Shown here in pieces: positions 60,947 to 64,000 of a DNA stretch of 64,000 nt. Numbering within the stretch: position 1 is the stretch's first letter; every line of letters begins with the position of its first letter. The stretch is taken from assembly GCA_043228905.1 (NCBI GenBank), contig JBHGNT010000007.1:7254001-7318000 (forward strand), given 5' to 3'. Made by a program: the position numbers and the translations under genes. The notes beneath the pieces were generated by a model, which worked only from the letters and a program-made list of their open reading frames with translations, searched no databases and was not told the origin of the DNA. The DNA comes from Azolla caroliniana (taxonomy: Eukaryota; Plantae; Polypodiophyta).

Positions 60947-62587
60947 AAGAGTGTTAAGGTGATGTTGGCTCTTTGGAGTTTGTGTATTAAAGGTTATTTC
61001 TTTATTTTATATGTTCTATCCAAATTAATATGTATAACATAATTCACACTTCTTGTATGTAAATTCCAAAGCACAGTTCTAGCAGATGTAATATATGAGA
61101 ACTTAAAGGGAGAAATCAAATGAAATCTCATGCTATATGTTTTAACTTTTACAGACATGAAATAAAATGGCATATTAACATCTATATCTGTGACTCGTAA
61201 GTGCAAGACATTGGATGCCAATTTGAAATGTAAAGCTTCAAAATATGTGTAAGAGATTATATCGATACTACAATAGTTTTGGAAGGCCAAGATGGGATGT
61301 TAGACCAAAGTACGAACTTATTTTCTCACTGAAGAGTCTGATGTCACTGCTGATGATTTTTTTGAGAGGATCCCCTTTTAAGAAATAGTATACTTCTAAA
61401 TCTGCAGAAGCTTTAAACTGTTTCAAAAGAGCTATACTGTCTTGCACTAGTGTGAAAATAGGTTGTAGCAAAAAAATTCAAGACAGTAGGCAAAGGTATG
61501 AGCTTTTGATCACTGAAGCGTTATGATTCAGGGCTCAGATTAGATATACGGATTCTGCGTATCATTAACTTATTAACATTAATCCACTGGAGTAAATAGA
61601 ATTAAGTAAGAATGGTCAATCAGCATTAACCATTCTTATTGAGTGTCTGAAAGAATAGACAAGAAAGACCTTAACATAAAATGCAAGTACACATGAGTAA
61701 GACCACTGGAATGAATAGAATTTAGCAAGACATTAATCATTCTTATCGAGTGCCCCGACAAATAGACAAGTAAACAAATATTCTATATTTGAGGGTGAAT
61801 GGCTTCAAACAAACTAACAAGACATTACGCCCATTAACAATCAAGAAAACACTTCTTTAAACATACTTTCAATTTGGGGTTAATCATTTGAGTTGTGCAT
61901 ATAGACCATTGAACTCTCTTACAAATCTTTGGAAAATGCTTGCACCGAAAAACCCCTCCTAGTGATAAATAAAAACCTTTCGCACTTCAAGAAAAAAAGA
62001 GAATATTGTAAAATCAGAAAAATAGATTGTGTTCATGGAGAAGTGAAAATACACATTATAAGATGCATGAAATAATAACTCCATGGCACCACGTTCTCCA
62101 TTACTATGGTTACAAATTCCTCTGTGGCTAATTTCAGTGCTTTGTTCTGTGGCAGCAAATAGGCGATACATTTTGACAATTATATATACTTTTTCAAACT
62201 AAAGTAAAGAAATTGCTGCATTGTATGCCATATTATGCTGAATTTCCATCACGATGGGCAAAGATATAAGAATTTCCTGTTATGCTTCTTATTGGAAGTA
62301 CAAATATTTGAAACTCTTAAAAAAAGTTGGAGATGAAAAAGTAGACTCTTTCTACCTTAAGGACAAAGATATATATATACATATATGATATACATATATA
62401 TATATACAAAGCCTCAAGGAAAGAGATGAGTTCATGACTCGGAAGTGTGGTTGTTATAGAGCTGCTCACATTCTCTTTAGCTCAGCGCAAAAACCCCTCT
62501 GAATTTGCTCCTACACATTTTTGAGCTGTTTTTACATTCTTCGTGGTTTTCCTCACATTTGTTGAAGGGAACTATACAATAGAAGGG

Positions 62588-62623
<36 letters not shown>

Positions 62624-62745
62624 AATAGCATCATTTTTTCGATGAAGGTCAACTCAATGTTGGATATGTAATGTACAAGGTACAAGATTGGTTATTTTTT
62701 ACCAGAATGCAAAGACGAGAGACTTTCACATAAATTGAGGTGATA

Positions 62746-63922
62746 TCAGCTTTCCTCCACATGTTCAGATATCATTAGTGTAGTAGCCCTTGCATTGTGG
62801 TTCTTCTGCCTTTTGTTTCCCAACTGCAAAAGCTGCTGTGAGATCTCTCTCATTTCTGGCCTATTTTTTGAACTCGGGTTCACACATTTCCTTGCAAGGC
62901 TTGCTATAGCTTTAAGCTCTTCTCTATTTACCTCCTTACTGATCCTATCATCCACAATTTCCTCCCAACCCTCCTCACCTTCATCACTTAGCAATGCCTG
63001 CATTGTATTCAAATCAGCCATTTTTCCGGAGAACAAAAATTAACAATCATGAATACTTGTCCTGTTACTACATACATAAATCTTTATAACAGGATAAGAC
63101 CGTCTTTACCAGACCAACATACTTCATAAGGCCTTTCTGTGGATTTCTTGCTGTGATCAGCTCAAACAGCAAAATCCCAAAACTGTATACATCACTTTTG
63201 AGAGTAAACTTGCTTGTGGAGACATATTCAGGATCAACATAACCATATGTTCCCTTTACACCAGAAACAGGGTGTCCAGCTCCAGCTTCTTTAGAGAGGC
63301 CAAAATCAGCAACCTAAAAGAGAGCATTATTGTGCAATCATTAGCTCTCTTCTAAAGTTGGTAAGCTTCAAAAGGTGTACACGTAGTTACATTGGTTTTA
63401 TACATTCTACTTCTCTCGAGTATCCTTCTATTCATACCCTTGCTTTCATGGAAGAATCCAGGAGTATATTAGCAGACTTTATGTCCCGATGTATTATGGG
63501 TGGGGACGCCTGAAAACAGTATATATAGCAAGAGTATTCATCAAATATATATGATCAGGATTTCCTAAACAGCTATGCAAAAAGAATAGAGTTCTGTCTA
63601 TCAACAATCAAATGAATCTTGAAGGAACGCTTTTGCATACCCCCTCATGGAGATATTCAATTCCAACTGCAACATCTTGAGCTATTTGGATCCTCAAGTC
63701 CCAAGATAGTGGTTCGCGATTGCGATCTGAGAAAATTTGTGAGACAAAAACTATCTTTGTGATAAAGAGACTTAAAAAGGTAAGACACATTTTACCATAA
63801 ATTAGTTTTTCAAGGCTCCCATTGCTCATGAACTCATATACTAGTATACGATGACCCTTTTCGGCAGAATAACCAACAAGATTGACCAAATTCCTGTGAT
63901 GCAGTCTTCCTAGTAAAACCAC
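62746..63922 (-). CDS. CRLK1: Receptor-like kinase, CRLK1/2-like; 3' exons only, gene extends beyond the window
   Basis: Exons 63796-63922, 63641-63726, 63438-63509, 63110-63313, 62746-62997: [76 protein letters not shown]. Confidence 0.88.
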
Positions 63923-64000
63923 CTAAGAACAAAAGCATTAAATTTTAAGCAGAACACATGATATCAAAAGAAATCACTTTAGAAAGTCTGAAGCATCTAG

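Overview
Eukaryotic land-plant nuclear DNA, most likely a non-seed plant such as a moss. This is inferred from GT-AG introns, plant genes and a Tcn1-like chromovirus. The left ~41 kb is transposon debris. It includes a rearranged Copia (A, 1928-7776), LINE fragments and a solo LTR. It also holds a 23-kb nest (14845-37775) that can be reconstructed from LTRs and 5-bp TSDs. Copia B hosts Copia C and chromovirus E. C in turn hosts Copia D and a truncated, oppositely oriented relative C'. The right ~23 kb has three spliced host genes: ALG5 (10 exons, +), an organellar RsgA GTPase (6 exons, +) and the 3' part of a CRLK1-like kinase (-). The most notable signals are four. First, a tRNA-like A-box/B-box cassette lies antisense at the U3 edge of the chromovirus LTRs and recurs in a second LTR. 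Second, the same element has a Tf1-type self-priming signature. Third, there is a kb-scale inverted repeat of Copia pol. Fourth, a 19-bp motif is shared exactly between a Copia U3 and the ALG5 promoter. There is no prokaryote-type system (CRISPR, operon). All comparisons were made by eye; coordinates of degenerate remnants are approximate.
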